Assembly: GCA_014905635.1 (NCBI GenBank)
Contig: JABVCE010000024.1
Location: forward strand, 496,001-539,907
Direction of reading: 5' to 3'
DNA length: 43,907 nucleotides
Source: Scenedesmus sp. PABB004
Lineage: Eukaryota
The notes below the pieces were generated by a model. That model ran no database searches. It saw only the letters and a program-made list of their open reading frames with translations, and was not told the DNA's origin. Shown piece after piece: positions 12,226 to 23,510 of the stretch. The number at the start of each line of letters is the position of its first letter. The first letter of the stretch is position 1. A program made the position numbers and the translations under genes.

Positions 12226-12712
12226 TGCGGCGCTGCGCAGCGTGCTGCTGCTGGTGCGCGCCGCGCCGGCGCGGCGGCGCGCGGGGGCTGCCGCCCCGGC
12301 TGCTGCTGCCACCGCTGCCGCTGCTGCTGCCACCGCCGCTGCTGCCCCAGCCGACGGCGGCCTGGTGCGGCGCCGCGGCCGCGGGCGTGCGGGGCGCGCT
12401 GGCGTACTGCTGCTGCGCACGCGCGCCCGCGCTGTCGTCCGGCCGCGCCCCGGGCGGCGGCGCCGCCTGGGGTGGCTCGCAGGCCCACGTCCCCGCCTGC
12501 CGCAGCCGGCTGGGCGGCGCGCTGCCGCCGTTCGCCGGCGGCGGGTGCGGGCCAGCGCAGCAGGCGCGCTGCTGCTGCTCCGGCTCCGCCGCCGGGCAGA
12601 CCGAGTCGCCGCAGGCCGGGGACCCGCTCGCCGCCGGAGGCATGGGCGATGAGGAGCCGGAGGAGGGCAGCGCGGGGCTGCTGGGCGCCGGGGGGCCGCG
12701 CGGCCGCTGCAT
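9447..12712 (-). CDS. Large low-complexity RING-H2 E3 ubiquitin ligase with polyQ and a UIM-like motif
   Basis: A long first exon from ATG 12712 contains LSYEALVGLED, a pre-RING motif seen in BIG BROTHER-like RING-H2 ligases. After an intron at about 9601-9701, the last exon reads CSICQCDLGGAEPVLALPCRHEFHEPCASQWLGQYSRKCPICK (C3H2C3). Confidence 0.88.
11793..12015 (-). repeat. Coding (CAG)n polyQ tract plus QWPPQ/QWPLQ peptide repeats
   Basis: Long ctg run at 11793-11884 on the + strand and repeated ggccactgctg units at about 11908-12012. Confidence 0.95.
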
Positions 12713-13673
12713 GCCGCCCCCCGCTCTCAGCAACCCGCGCCAGCGGCTGGCGCTGCCGCTGGCGGGCGTGGCGGTGACGGTCCGACGGTGACCGGGAAGC
12801 GCCTGGCGCGCAAGCTGGCCGCGCGACGACCGCTCGAGGTTAGGTCAGGCGTGTGCGCGTGCGTTTCTCGCTTTGTCACCCGTTCCGGGTGGGGCGGACC
12901 CCCTCGCGGGGGCACCGACCTGCGGGCCGGTCCCAAACCGTTATGCCTCGCGCCGCTGTGGCCTGTTTCAGGCGGCCGGCGATCAGAGGATGCCCATGGT
13001 CGGTGTTGGCGGCGGCGGCGCGCGCGCGGCGGTGGCAGCGCCGCGCACGCGCGCCGCGCGCCCGCGGCGCCGGGGCGCCCCCCGGGGCGCCCCGGCAGCC
13101 CCCATCCCCCCAGCCGCCGGTGTTGAGACCACCGGCCGGCGCTCCCACGGCGGTAGCGAGGCCGGGGAGCACGCCCACTGGGCTGTTTTGCGCCGCGCCG
13201 CACGCTCCCAACGCGCCTGGTCGCGACAGCGCCTGAAAATTGGCTGCGTGTCCGAAACGCCCTTCCGCAGCGCGCCCGGGCGCCCGCGCCCCGCCAAGCC
13301 CTGCTGAGCAGCGTGACCACATCCCCCTGCGCACGCCCGGCCCGCGGGCGCGGCCGCAGCGCGCCGGCAGGGCGCCCGCTCGACCGCTTGAGCGGGCGGC
13401 GCCGCCGGTGTCGTGGTCTCTCGGGCGGCGAGGTGCACGCAGCGGGCAGCCTGGTGGTGGCGACAGCATCCTGGACAGCGTGCAGCCTGAGCGCGCGCCG
13501 AAGGCGTGCAGCCGAAGGCGTGCAGGCGGCGGCGCCGGCGGCCGCGGCGCGGCGTGTTTGAGGCGCGCGCCTGTCCCGGCGTTCGGGGCGCGATACAACG
13601 ACCTCGACGCGGCGCGCCGCGCGCCCCCGGAGCGCTGCGCGCTGGCAGCAGCAAAGGGAAAGTGTTCTCCGCG

Positions 13674-16600
13674 ATGGCGCGCCGGGGGCTGCGCTGCGCG
13701 GCCGCGTTCGTTATTCTGAGCCTTTTCACGACTCTCAGCGTGGCCGCCGGCATCAGCGGTGAGCGGCGGCCCCGCAGCAGCAGCGGCGCCGCGCGGCGCC
13801 CCGGTGACGCTCTCGCTGCACAAGCTCCAGAAGCTGCCGCCCCCGCCCGCCCCGCAGCCACGGGCGCCTCTGCTGCTGACGACGACGGCGGCGGCGCGAC
13901 CGTCGCGCACGGCGGCGGCCGGGGCCGCCACAAGCCGCGCCCGCCGCCGCCCGGCCTGACGCGGCTCGCACTCAATCAGCTCATTGTGCCTCCGCGGCCG
14001 GCTGGGCGCCCGCACCAGCCCACCTGCCTGAGCACCGCCACGGTCGACGCGTGGCTCACGGCCGCCATCCAGCAGGACTACGCGCCCCTCCTCGTGGGCG
14101 GCGGCGACGTCACCGCCTCCTCGCGCACCACCACGCAGACGCTCTCGCAGCGCGACCTGCTCGACAGCGTGTGCAACCACACCAGCCTCGTGCAGTACCG
14201 CGGCGCGTCGGCGCTGCAGGACCAGCTCGTCGCCGCGGTCAACGCGGGCAAGCTCTGCGACGCGCTGCCGACGTGCGGCCCGCTCGGCCGCGCGCCGCGC
14301 CTGGCCCGCCGGCACCGCGCCGCGCGCCGCCGCCACAGCCGCGTGGCCTCGCTGGCTGACCACGGGGCCCTGCCTCGCGCATGCACGCGCGCGCCCGCAG
14401 CTACTGCGCGGCCGCGTTCAACGCGAGCGCCGGCTACACGCTGGCGTCTGCGTCGGCGGTGCGCGACGCGCTGCCGGCCGTGCCCGAGCAGTTCAACTGT
14501 GTCGCGGCCAACTTCAGCCAGCGGCTGGACCACTTTGACGCGGCCAACACGCAGCGCTTCAACCAGGTCGGGCGCCGCGCCGCGCCGCGCGCGCGGGGGC
14601 CGGGGGCGGTCGATTACCGAAACGCCGCCGCCGCGGCTGCAACTGCTGCGCGCCGCAGCTGTACTACGTCTGCGACGCCACGTGGCCGAAAGGCAGCAAG
14701 CGCGAGCAGGTGACACGCACGCGGCCGTGCGGTGGTCAGCAGCAGCGCCCGGGCGCTCTCCGTGGGGTCCCCCCCCCCCTCTCTCACACACTCACACTCA
14801 CACTCACACTCGCTCCCCGTTTGTCGCGCCCTCGCCCTGCCCGCGCGCTGCCGCCAGGCCGCGCGTGGCAACGTCATCGTCTTCCTCGGCAACGAGACGC
14901 CCCTCAGCAAGCCGCAGCAGCCCAGTGCGGCCGCGCCGGCGCGCCATGCGCCCCAGCCGCGGCCGCGGCTGGGGCGCCGCCCGAGCAGCAGCGCGGCGGC
15001 ACTGCTGCGGGCGGCGTGCGCGCGTCCGACGCCGACCCCGCCGCCGCAGTCATTTTTGAAAACGCGCGCCGCCTCAACGCCCTCGTCGTGCTCGTCGAGC
15101 ACCGGTGAGAACGCGCGCCGCACCTGAGCCGCGCCCGCGCCCACGTCCACATCACACCCACACCCACGCTCACACGTGCGCACACACCCCTGAACCCCCC
15201 ACACCCCTTTAACCCCAGCTACTACGGCAAGTCGATGCCCTTCACGCCGGCCACGGCGGGCGGCGCCCTCGCCACCTGGCAGTACAAGTGGCTGACGGTG
15301 CAGAACGCGATCGAGGACACCACAGCGGTGCTGGCCGCAGTGCGCGCGGCGCGGCGCGTGCCCGCCGCGACGCCCGCAATCGTCATCGGCGGCAGCTACG
15401 GTGTGTGACGCGCCGCCCACCACCAGCCGCGCGCAGTGCCGTGCGCGGGCCAGCGGCGTCGCAGCCGCGGCGCAGCCCTGGCCAGCGTGCCTGCCTCCAT
15501 TGCATGCACTCACCAACCTGCCCGCCTCGCACCCCCTCTATATCTCAACCCCAGGCGGCGTGCTGGCCACGTACCATCGCGTGGTCAAGCCCAGCGTCTT
15601 TGCCGCCGCGGTGTCGTCCAGCGCGTGCGCGCGCCCGCGCGCGCGCGCGCGCTTGCCCCTCCGCAGGGGCCGGTGCGACCTGCCTCGTGACTGAGCGGCT
15701 CGCCGCCGCTGCGCCCCTTGCCGCCCGCCAGGCAGCTCAATTTCGTGTTTGGCTCCAACACCTGGGCGGCCACGTCGGAGCGCTTTCACATCGTGCTCGG
15801 CGACAGCATGCGCACGTTTGGCGGCGACAGGTGCGGCCGCCGGGGCAGCGCGGCGCGCGGCGCGCGGCGGGCGGCGCGCGGCGGGCGGCAGGCGGCGGGC
15901 GGCAGCCTGCCGCGCCCAGCGAATGCGCGCCGCCGCCGCCGCGGCCAGGTGCGTCGCGGTCGCGCGCGCGGGGCTCGACGCGGTCATGGCGGCCACCAAG
16001 ACGCCGGCGGGGCGGCAGTCGATCGTCGACACGTTCAGCGTGTGCGCCGCGTCCGCGCCGCGCGTGCTCAAGGACGAGGCCGGCGGCCTGTCGGCCTTCA
16101 TGGAGATCTACGGCAGGTTCCACGGCTGGGTGCAGGTGCGCGCGCGGCCGCGCTGTCCGCAGGGGCAGGGGGCGTTCGATTACCGAAACGCGCCGCCGCT
16201 CACGCTGCCCGCCGCCCACGCACGTTCGCCGCCGCAGCTCAACAACCAGCCCTCGCTGCTCGGCCAGGTTGCCGCGCTGTGCGAGCTGCTGATCGACCGC
16301 GCCGACGCGCCCGGCGGGTCGCCGATGGCCGCCGTCGCCGACGCGCGCTACTTTTTCGAGAGCGGCGGCGCGCCCGACGTGCGGCGCCGGCGCGGCGGGC
16401 AGGGGCGCGCGCGCGCGCGCGCGCTGCAGGGGCTGGAGGGGGGCGCTGCGCCGCGCGCCGCACATGCGCCGCGCTCTACCCGACACCCCCTCCCCATCAC
16501 TCACACGCACACGCACCCACACGCTGCCAGTGGTGCATGTCGGTCAGCCCCTACACCCTCATCACCGACGCGCTGCCCTCGTGGAGCTACCAGGTGGGGG

Positions 16601-17342
16601 CCCCTAAACCCTCGCCACTGACGGCCGGCGTGCACCGAGCCGCGCCCCGCGCGCCTGTGCAGCGCCCAACAACCCCCCCCCCCCCCCCCCCCCACCACCA
16701 CCACACACACACACGCGCGCGCGCGCGCGCGCGCGCGCACGCATCCACACCAACCACCACCACCGCCACCCGGCCGCAGTGCTGCACGCAGGGCACCATT
16801 TTCTCCGGCATCCCCTCGGACGGCAGCCCCCGCAGCATCGCGCCGCCCTACACCGCCACGCCCGCGGCGCTCGCGGCCGACTGCAGCCTGATGTTTGGGC
16901 CTGGCGTGCCGCCGCTGGCGCCCGCGCCGTTCATGCTCGGCGTCGCCGGCCTCGTCAACGCCACGGGCGGCCTCGTGCTGACAAACGGCGATCTTGACCC
17001 ATGGGCTGGTGGATCGTGGGGCCCGTACCCGCCAGACGCGGCCGGCGGTGGCGGCGCCGCGTCCCCATCCTCCTACAAGACCATCACCTACCCCCGCGCG
17101 AGCCACGTATCGGGTGCGCCGGCTGGCTGCCAGGGCGCCGCGCCGTGCTGCCCTGCCACGCCGCGCCCGGTACGGCCGACGCCGCGCCGCGCCGCGCCCA
17201 CGCCGCCCCCCCGCCGTGCGCTGTGCGCCGCGCAGACACGCACACGACCAACTGGGACAACCCGCTGCCGCCTGAGCAAGGGCTCTACACGTTTTTGCGC
17301 ACGCTCGCAATCACCAGCGCCGCCAGGCTCGCGCGCGGCTGA
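13674..17342 (+). CDS. Secreted peptidase S28 (lysosomal Pro-X carboxypeptidase-like), multi-exon
   Basis: Signal peptide MARRGLRCAAAFVILSLFTTLSVAAG. Motifs QRLDHF, VFLGNE, LVVLVEHR|YYGKSMPF, LTVQNAIED, IGGSYG|G (Ser), AVSSSA, WSYQ|CCT, TNGDLDPW (Asp) and ASHVSD (His). Confidence 0.92.
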
Positions 17343-18144
17343 CCCACCACCGCGCGCGCGCGCACCCGACTGGCTTCAAGCTCCCTGCACTGCCTGCAGC
17401 AATCGGCGCGCATGTCACTGCAGCGCTTGGGCTCGCTGCTCGTCAAAACGCGCTGTGCCGGCCGGTCGGCGCGCAGGCGATGATGGCGTATACAGCGCCG
17501 CTGCGCGGTGTAGCTGTGCTGACTATGGGTACAACTACACCGCGCGCGCAGCCGCTGTGTACATGATCACTTGCGTGCCGACCGGCTGGCACAGCGCTTG
17601 CAAGCGCTGTGCCCGATTGCAAGCGCTGTTCCCAATCGTCCCCAATCGGTGTCCGCAAGCCCGCGACCCGCCGTTTCATCATTTTGCTGCGTGCGCAGTT
17701 TCCTGCTGTTTCTTGAGCTCACACCCACCACACTCTCACCACACAATCGCACACCAGAGGCCATTTCATGCGCGGACCGTCACCCGGGCAGCGCGCGGGC
17801 GACCAGCGAGGGGTTGCAGGGCGCGCGAGGGCTGGCCCGCCCGCGACCAGCTCGGGGAGCTGCGGGGCACGTGAGGGCTGGCCCCGCGGCCAGCTTGGGG
17901 AGCTGCGGGGGCACCTCGGGCCAACTTGGGCGGCGGCCGCCCAAGTTGCAACTTGAACAATTGTTCAAACGTGGCGGTTTGGCCCGACGAAAGCGCTCGC
18001 GCCCTCGCTTGCGTGCCCCCCGATCATGTGAGCTGCCATTCGCGCCGCTGCGATAGGGCAACGCAGGCCGGGTTTGGCCGCAGCAGCCAGCCACCAGCGG
18101 GTTGTTCGCCCCCGCGGGGGCGGCGCGGCCGCGCCGCCAGCGCG

Positions 18145-18527
18145 ATGGAGGACTATCAGGAGTACTTCGAGGGCGTTGCGGAGCAACTCGACGTGGATGT
18201 GCGTGCAGAGACTGCGCGCCTGCCGCAGCTCGGGCCCCGGCCGCGCGGCGGCGGCGGCACGAGCGCGACGGACGAGCTCACCGCGTTCCATCTGGAGAGG
18301 CTGTGTGCTGAGGCGGATGACGCGCTCATCGCGTTCGAACTGAAGAGGCTCCAGGCTGAGGTGGATGCAGAGATGGCGCGCCTGCCGCAGCTCGAGCCCC
18401 AGGCGGCGGCGGCAAGAGCGCGAAGCCGCGCAAGCCGCGCAGCGACCGCGGGGTGCCCAGGGGGCCCCGGGCCAAGAAGAAGGCCGCTGCGCCAGACCCC
18501 AAGAGCGTGATCGACGATAAACCATGA
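18145..18527 (+). CDS. Orphan protein with an internal duplication and a basic KPRKPRSDRG tail; apparent 1-nt frameshift at 18397-18400
   Basis: MEDYQEYFEG... contains repeats DVRAETARLPQLGPRPRGGGGTSAT and EVDAEMARLPQLEP/GGGGKSAK. The second repeat continues only in the -1 frame, ending at TGA 18525-18527. Confidence 0.5.
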
Positions 18528-19220
18528 GCGAGGACGCGCAGGCGGCACCGGGCACGGTGCGCAGCTGCTGCGCACGCTGGCGGACCAGGCTGCCGCGGCG
18601 GGACGAGCGCTGGCGGGGCGGCGGGCGTGCACCTGCACACGCGGCAGCGGTGTGAGGGAGAGCGCTGGGTGGACCTGGAGCGCACGGCCGGCAGCGGCGG
18701 CGGGGGCGGCCGCCAATCGGTTGCAACTTTCCAGCGCGCGGCGCCGCGGCGGCTCGCTCGCCGCGGGCTCGACCCAGCGCGGCGCCAGAACGGACCGTCT
18801 GCGCTAGTCCTCTAGGCAAAGGGAAACAAAAGGATGATGAGGCAGCCAAGTTCCCGCTCCGCGCCCACGCTTGTGTGTGCCGCGCGCCTCGCGATGCGGG
18901 CGCGCGCCCTGACCCCCCCCCGCACCCGCCCCACCGCGCCGCGTGCGTTGCCCCCTCTCGGCTCGTTCGCACGCGCAGGCGCTCCCCCAGCGCTGCGCGG
19001 GTCGCGCCGCGCCGGGGGGATCGCTCGCCCCGCCCGCGCGGCCCGCCGCCGCCCGCGCCACCGCGCGTGCGCAGGCCTCGCGCCGCTCAGTGCTCGCGGC
19101 GGCGCGCCCCGCTGGCTCGGCGCTCGGAGGGCGCGAGGCGCGTGCACGCGCGCCGAGCGCACTCCGCGCCGCTCGGTGCTCGATGCTCGCGGCGGCGGGC
19201 GCGCCCCGTGCGGCGGTGGC

Positions 19221-19566
19221 TCAGTGCTTGGAGGGCGAGAGGATCTTGCGGTGCATCGCGCACAGCAGCATGTAGATGAACACAAATGCCGCGCCGACGA
19301 TGATGTCCTGATGATGCCCCGGGGCATAAGATTGAGTTAGGACAGCGGCGGGAGCGGGGGCGGGCGCAGCGGCGGCTCAGCGGCGGCGCGGCGCGTGCGG
19401 GGCGCCCCGGCGGGCAGGGCGGCGCGGCGGGCGCGGGGAGGCGGCGGCGGCGGCGCGGCGCTCACAAAGACGATCCACCAGTTTGTGACGCGCAGCGCGA
19501 AGTACGTGATCATAGGAGACACAAAGCCAAAGATGCTGGGGATCTGGGTCATCATGTCTGCGTCAT

Positions 19567-19640
<74 letters not shown>

Positions 19641-22600
19641 AGGCGGGGGCGGGGGCGTGCGGCGTGAGCGGGCGGGCGGGCGGATATGTCTATGGCAGCT
19701 AGCGGGGCGCGGGCGCGGCCGGCGAGCGACAACAGCCTCTCGTCGCCGGCCTGCGGCGCGTCACCCCGCCGCGCGGCGCGGCCTGCTGCGCGGCGCTCAC
19801 AGTACTGCATGACGACGCTCTTGGCCGCGGCGCGCAGCGCGTACGACTTGCGGCGCCGGTGCTTCTGTCAGGCGCGCGGTGTCGTGGCAGCGGAGCGGAC
19901 GCGTGAGCAGATGGTGGCGCGCGGGTGCGGCACGGAGGCGGGCGCGCGCGCGCGCGCCCCGGCCCGCGCCGCGCCCGCGTCGCGCCTTGGCGTCGCCGCC
20001 CGCCTCCAGGTCGCCGCCCTTGGCCGCGTCGGCGGCGGCGGCCTCCGCCGCCTCGCGCTCAAAGTAGACATCCTGGCGTCAAGGGGCGGCGGCCGGGGCG
20101 GGGCGCGGTGAGGTCTTCGGGCTGCCAGGCTGACAGGCCCAGCAGGCCCCCCCCCCCCCCCCGGGGGCCGGCCGTCCATGCGCTGCGGGCCGCCCACGCC
20201 CCCCAGCGCCCCCTGGAGCCCGCCCGGGGTTCAGGGTTCAGGGTCCAGGGTTCAGGGCCCAGGCCCCGCCCGCGCACCTCGTACTCCTTGCCGCAGCAGG
20301 AGAGCAGTGTGTTGGTGAAGCGCGGGATGAGGCGCAGCGCGTGGATCGCCCAGCCTGGGCAGCGCGGGTGCGGCGCGGCGGCGCGGGCGTGCTCAGCACA
20401 AGCTCAGCCCACGCGCCCTCTCGCGCGCCCTCCCGCTCCCGGAGCCCTGGCCAAAACGCCCGCGCGCCCATAGCCCTGCCCTCCAAAGCCCTGCAAAGCC
20501 CCGGTCACCCATGTAGAGGGAGAGCCAGACGGCGGTGATGAACTCGATGAGCGCGACGATCATCTCGGCGGTGAACGTGAAGTTGCCCTGCGCGCGGCGC
20601 ACGGCGCGGCGCGCGGCGTGCGGCGCGGAGGCTGGCTCAGTGGGGCTCCGAGCGAGCGAGCGCTCGCTCGGCGCCGGGGCGGCTTGGGCTCCGCCGCAGG
20701 TCAAGCGTTCAAACGACGCGCTCAAGGAAATGCAACGCAACGCAACGCAACGCGCCTGCTTGACAAAGGCGGACTGGGTGTAGTAGACGTTCATCATCGA
20801 CAAACAAACAGACAACCAAACAAGCAACCGAAACAAACACACACACGCCCACCTGCTTGACAAAGGCGGACTGGGTGTAGCAGACGTTCATCATCGACAA
20901 ACAAACAGACAACCAAACAAGCAACCGAAACAAACACACACACGCCCACCTGCTTGACAAAGGCGGACTGGGTGTAGTAGACGTTCATCATCGACAAACA
21001 AACAGACAACCAAACAAGCAACCGAAACAAACACACACACGCCCACCTGCTTGACAAAGGCGGACTGGGTGTAGTAGACGTTCATCATCGACGTCACGGG
21101 CTTGAGCACGAGCGCCGCGACAACGAGCACCGACGGCAGCAGCCCGTACGCCTTGCCGACGGTGCCCTTGGGCTGGTGCACGAACCAGAGGAGCATGTGG
21201 AACGCGATGGTGAGCATCGCGTAGACCATGACCTGCCGGATGCCGCCCGCCATCGGCGCGAGCCGGCACGTCGGCGGCGGCTGCACGCGGCGCGCGCGCG
21301 GCGCGGGCGGGCGGGCGGGCGGGCGGGGCGGGTCAGTGAGCAGATCAGACTCATTCAGAAAGGTCAAACTCAGTCAAACTAGAACAAATAACACAAAAAG
21401 AAACACGTTGAGCCCCCCGGCGCGCCCCCGCACCGCGCTGCCCGGGTTGAAGGTGTACTTGATGTCCAGGTTGTCGTTCGTCGCGCACCAGCTGCCCTGG
21501 TACGCCATCTGCGGCCGGGCGGCGCACAGGCGCGTGGTCACGCGGTGCGTGCAAGCGTGTGAGGGTCAGGGTGGGCGAGTGCGTGTCAGCGCGAGCGTGC
21601 GCGCGTGGCCGCGTGGGCGGCGCGCCGGGCGCGAGGTGGCATCAAATCGCTGGTGCGATCAGGCAAGAGTCTCTCAGGCCCGCCCCCCCCCCCCCCCCCA
21701 GCCACGCCGCCGGCGCGCACCTTGTTCAGCACGCTGCTGAGCGTGAAGAGCTTGAACCACGCCGCCGCGACGAGCACGAGCGTCACAAACCAGGGCAGGA
21801 AGCTGCGCTTGGTGCGGCGCGCGCGCTGCACACGGCGGCGCCGCGCGGCGGGGCGGGGCGGGGCGGGGCGGGGCGACGCGTGCGTGCGTGAGCGCGCACG
21901 CCGCGCCCGGCAGCCCTCTGCCGTGCGCTCTCTCTCGCCGCCGCCGCCGCGCGCTCCGCGGGCCCTGAACCGCCCCGCCCACCTTGTGCGCGCGGCAGGC
22001 GCCAATGTAGGGCACCCACATGAGGGCGATGGCGAGTGAGAGGAAGAAGATGAGGGCGCCGCACTCGATCGCGACGAGCGCCCACAGGGCCTTGATCTCC
22101 ATGTGGTCGATGCCCTGGGGTTTAGCGGGGTTGGCGGGGTAAGGGTTTAGGCGGCAGGGTTGTAGGCGGGCGGGGTTTTAGGGAGGCGCGTGTGGGCGGC
22201 GGCGCGGCGGGCGTGCGGGCGTGCGGGCGCGCCGCGCGGCTGCTCGCGGGCGGGGCGGGGCGGGGCGGGGCGCCGCTGCGGCCGCCGCTGCGGCCGCAGG
22301 CGGGGCGCGCGGGGCCCCCGCGCCCCTCCCCGCACCGGCCGGCCGTTGTTCGCGACGAGCTTGGACCCCGGCTTGGGGAAGGCCAGGCGCTGCAGCTTGT
22401 CCCAGACCAGGCTGTTCTGCACAATCTGCTCGGCAGCGGCGCAGCGGCGCCGGCGGCGGCGCCGGGCGCTCAGCGGCGGGCGCGCCGTCCCACCCGTCGC
22501 CGCCGGCCCCTCGCCGCCGCCGCGACCGCGGCGGCAGCGCTGCCGCGCCGCTGCGCGCGGCCGCCGCCGCGCGCCGCCGCACCTGGAAGCCCGTCCAGCC

Positions 22601-22986
22601 GGTCACGGCGATCGTCCAGAGGATGAGCACCGCCACGCTCACGCCGCTCACGGTCGTCTCCTTGGCATCGTACAGCGTGTCGCCGATCGAGTGGTGCGAC
22701 TTCTCCGGCGCGAGGCCGCCCGACGCGGCGGGCGAGACTGCGCGCGGCGGGCGCAGCGGCGGGACGCGGGAGCTGGGGCGGCGGCTCCTGCTGCTGCCGC
22801 TGCTGCTCCTCCCGCTGCCGCCGCCGCTGCTGGGGTGGCAGGCAGCGCGCGGCGCAACGCACGCGCCGACGGCGACTCCACGCGCTGCTCGACCGGCGGC
22901 GCGTCCACTGCGGTCGCGGCGCCCGCCGCGTCGTCGAGGGCCGGCGCCTCGGCGGCGGCGGCGGCCTTCTTCTTGAACAGGCCCAT
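19221..22986 (-). CDS. Multi-pass membrane protein of unknown family (about 9 hydrophobic segments, about 12 exons)
   Basis: Spliceable exons MGLFKKK..., VSVAVLILWTIAVTGWTGFQ, ALWALVAIECGALIFFLSLAIALMWVP, FLPWFVTLVLVAAAWF, VMVYAMLTIAFHMLLWF, LLPSVLVVAALVL, MIVALIEFITAVWLSL, IPSIFGFVSPMITYFAL and DIIVGAAFVFIYMLLCAMHRKILSPSKH*. Confidence 0.8.
19569..19636. repeat. (CA)n microsatellite directly upstream of a minus-strand splice acceptor
   Basis: Seen directly in the sequence. Confidence 0.97.
20755..21092. repeat. 97-bp tandem repeat (3 full units plus a partial) spanning an exon end and splice donor
   Basis: Units start at 20755, 20852, 20949 and 21046 (cctgcttgacaaaggcggactgggtgtag...). One substitution is visible at 20881. 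Confidence 0.97.
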
Positions 22987-23510
22987 GCCTGCCGGCTGCC
23001 GCGCGGGCGGGGCGGGCTGCGTGGCCTGCGGCGCCAGCAGCGGCAGCAGCGGCGGCAGCGGCGGCCCGCGGTGAGCTGCAGGGCCGCCGCGCGGCCGCGG
23101 CGCGGCGTCCCGACAGTCCGCCGGGTCGGGCTGGCCGCGATGGGGAGGCGCGCGGGGCGCGGCGCGGCGCCTGGAGGCGCCCGCCAGCTGGCTCGTCCTC
23201 GCACCTGCGAGAGCTCGCCGCGGGGTCGCTGGCGGTCCACACGTTGTGCAGCGCTGATCGTGTGCTGAGCGTGTGCGGGGCGAACGGCACGGCCGCAGCG
23301 ATCACGGCACCACCAGGCGTGATGCGACCGCCTGTCCGGCTCCTGCTGCTGCACCACGTCGCCGTTCGCTCTCGCCCTCCTCGCATCACGTCACAGACCG
23401 ACGTCTCCCGACCCACCGCGACGTGGCGCAAGCCGGGGAAGCCCCCACGCGCGGGTCGGTGCTGGTGCCGTGCGCTCGGCCTCCGCGGCCCACGATCCCG
23501 GTCGCCGACC

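Noticed and set aside
20755..21092. CRISPR-like array
   Set aside because: The units are identical throughout with no unique spacers, there are no cas genes, and the context is a eukaryotic intron.
19221..22986. KDEL receptor or rhodopsin identity for the membrane protein
   Set aside because: No diagnostic motifs found after splicing.
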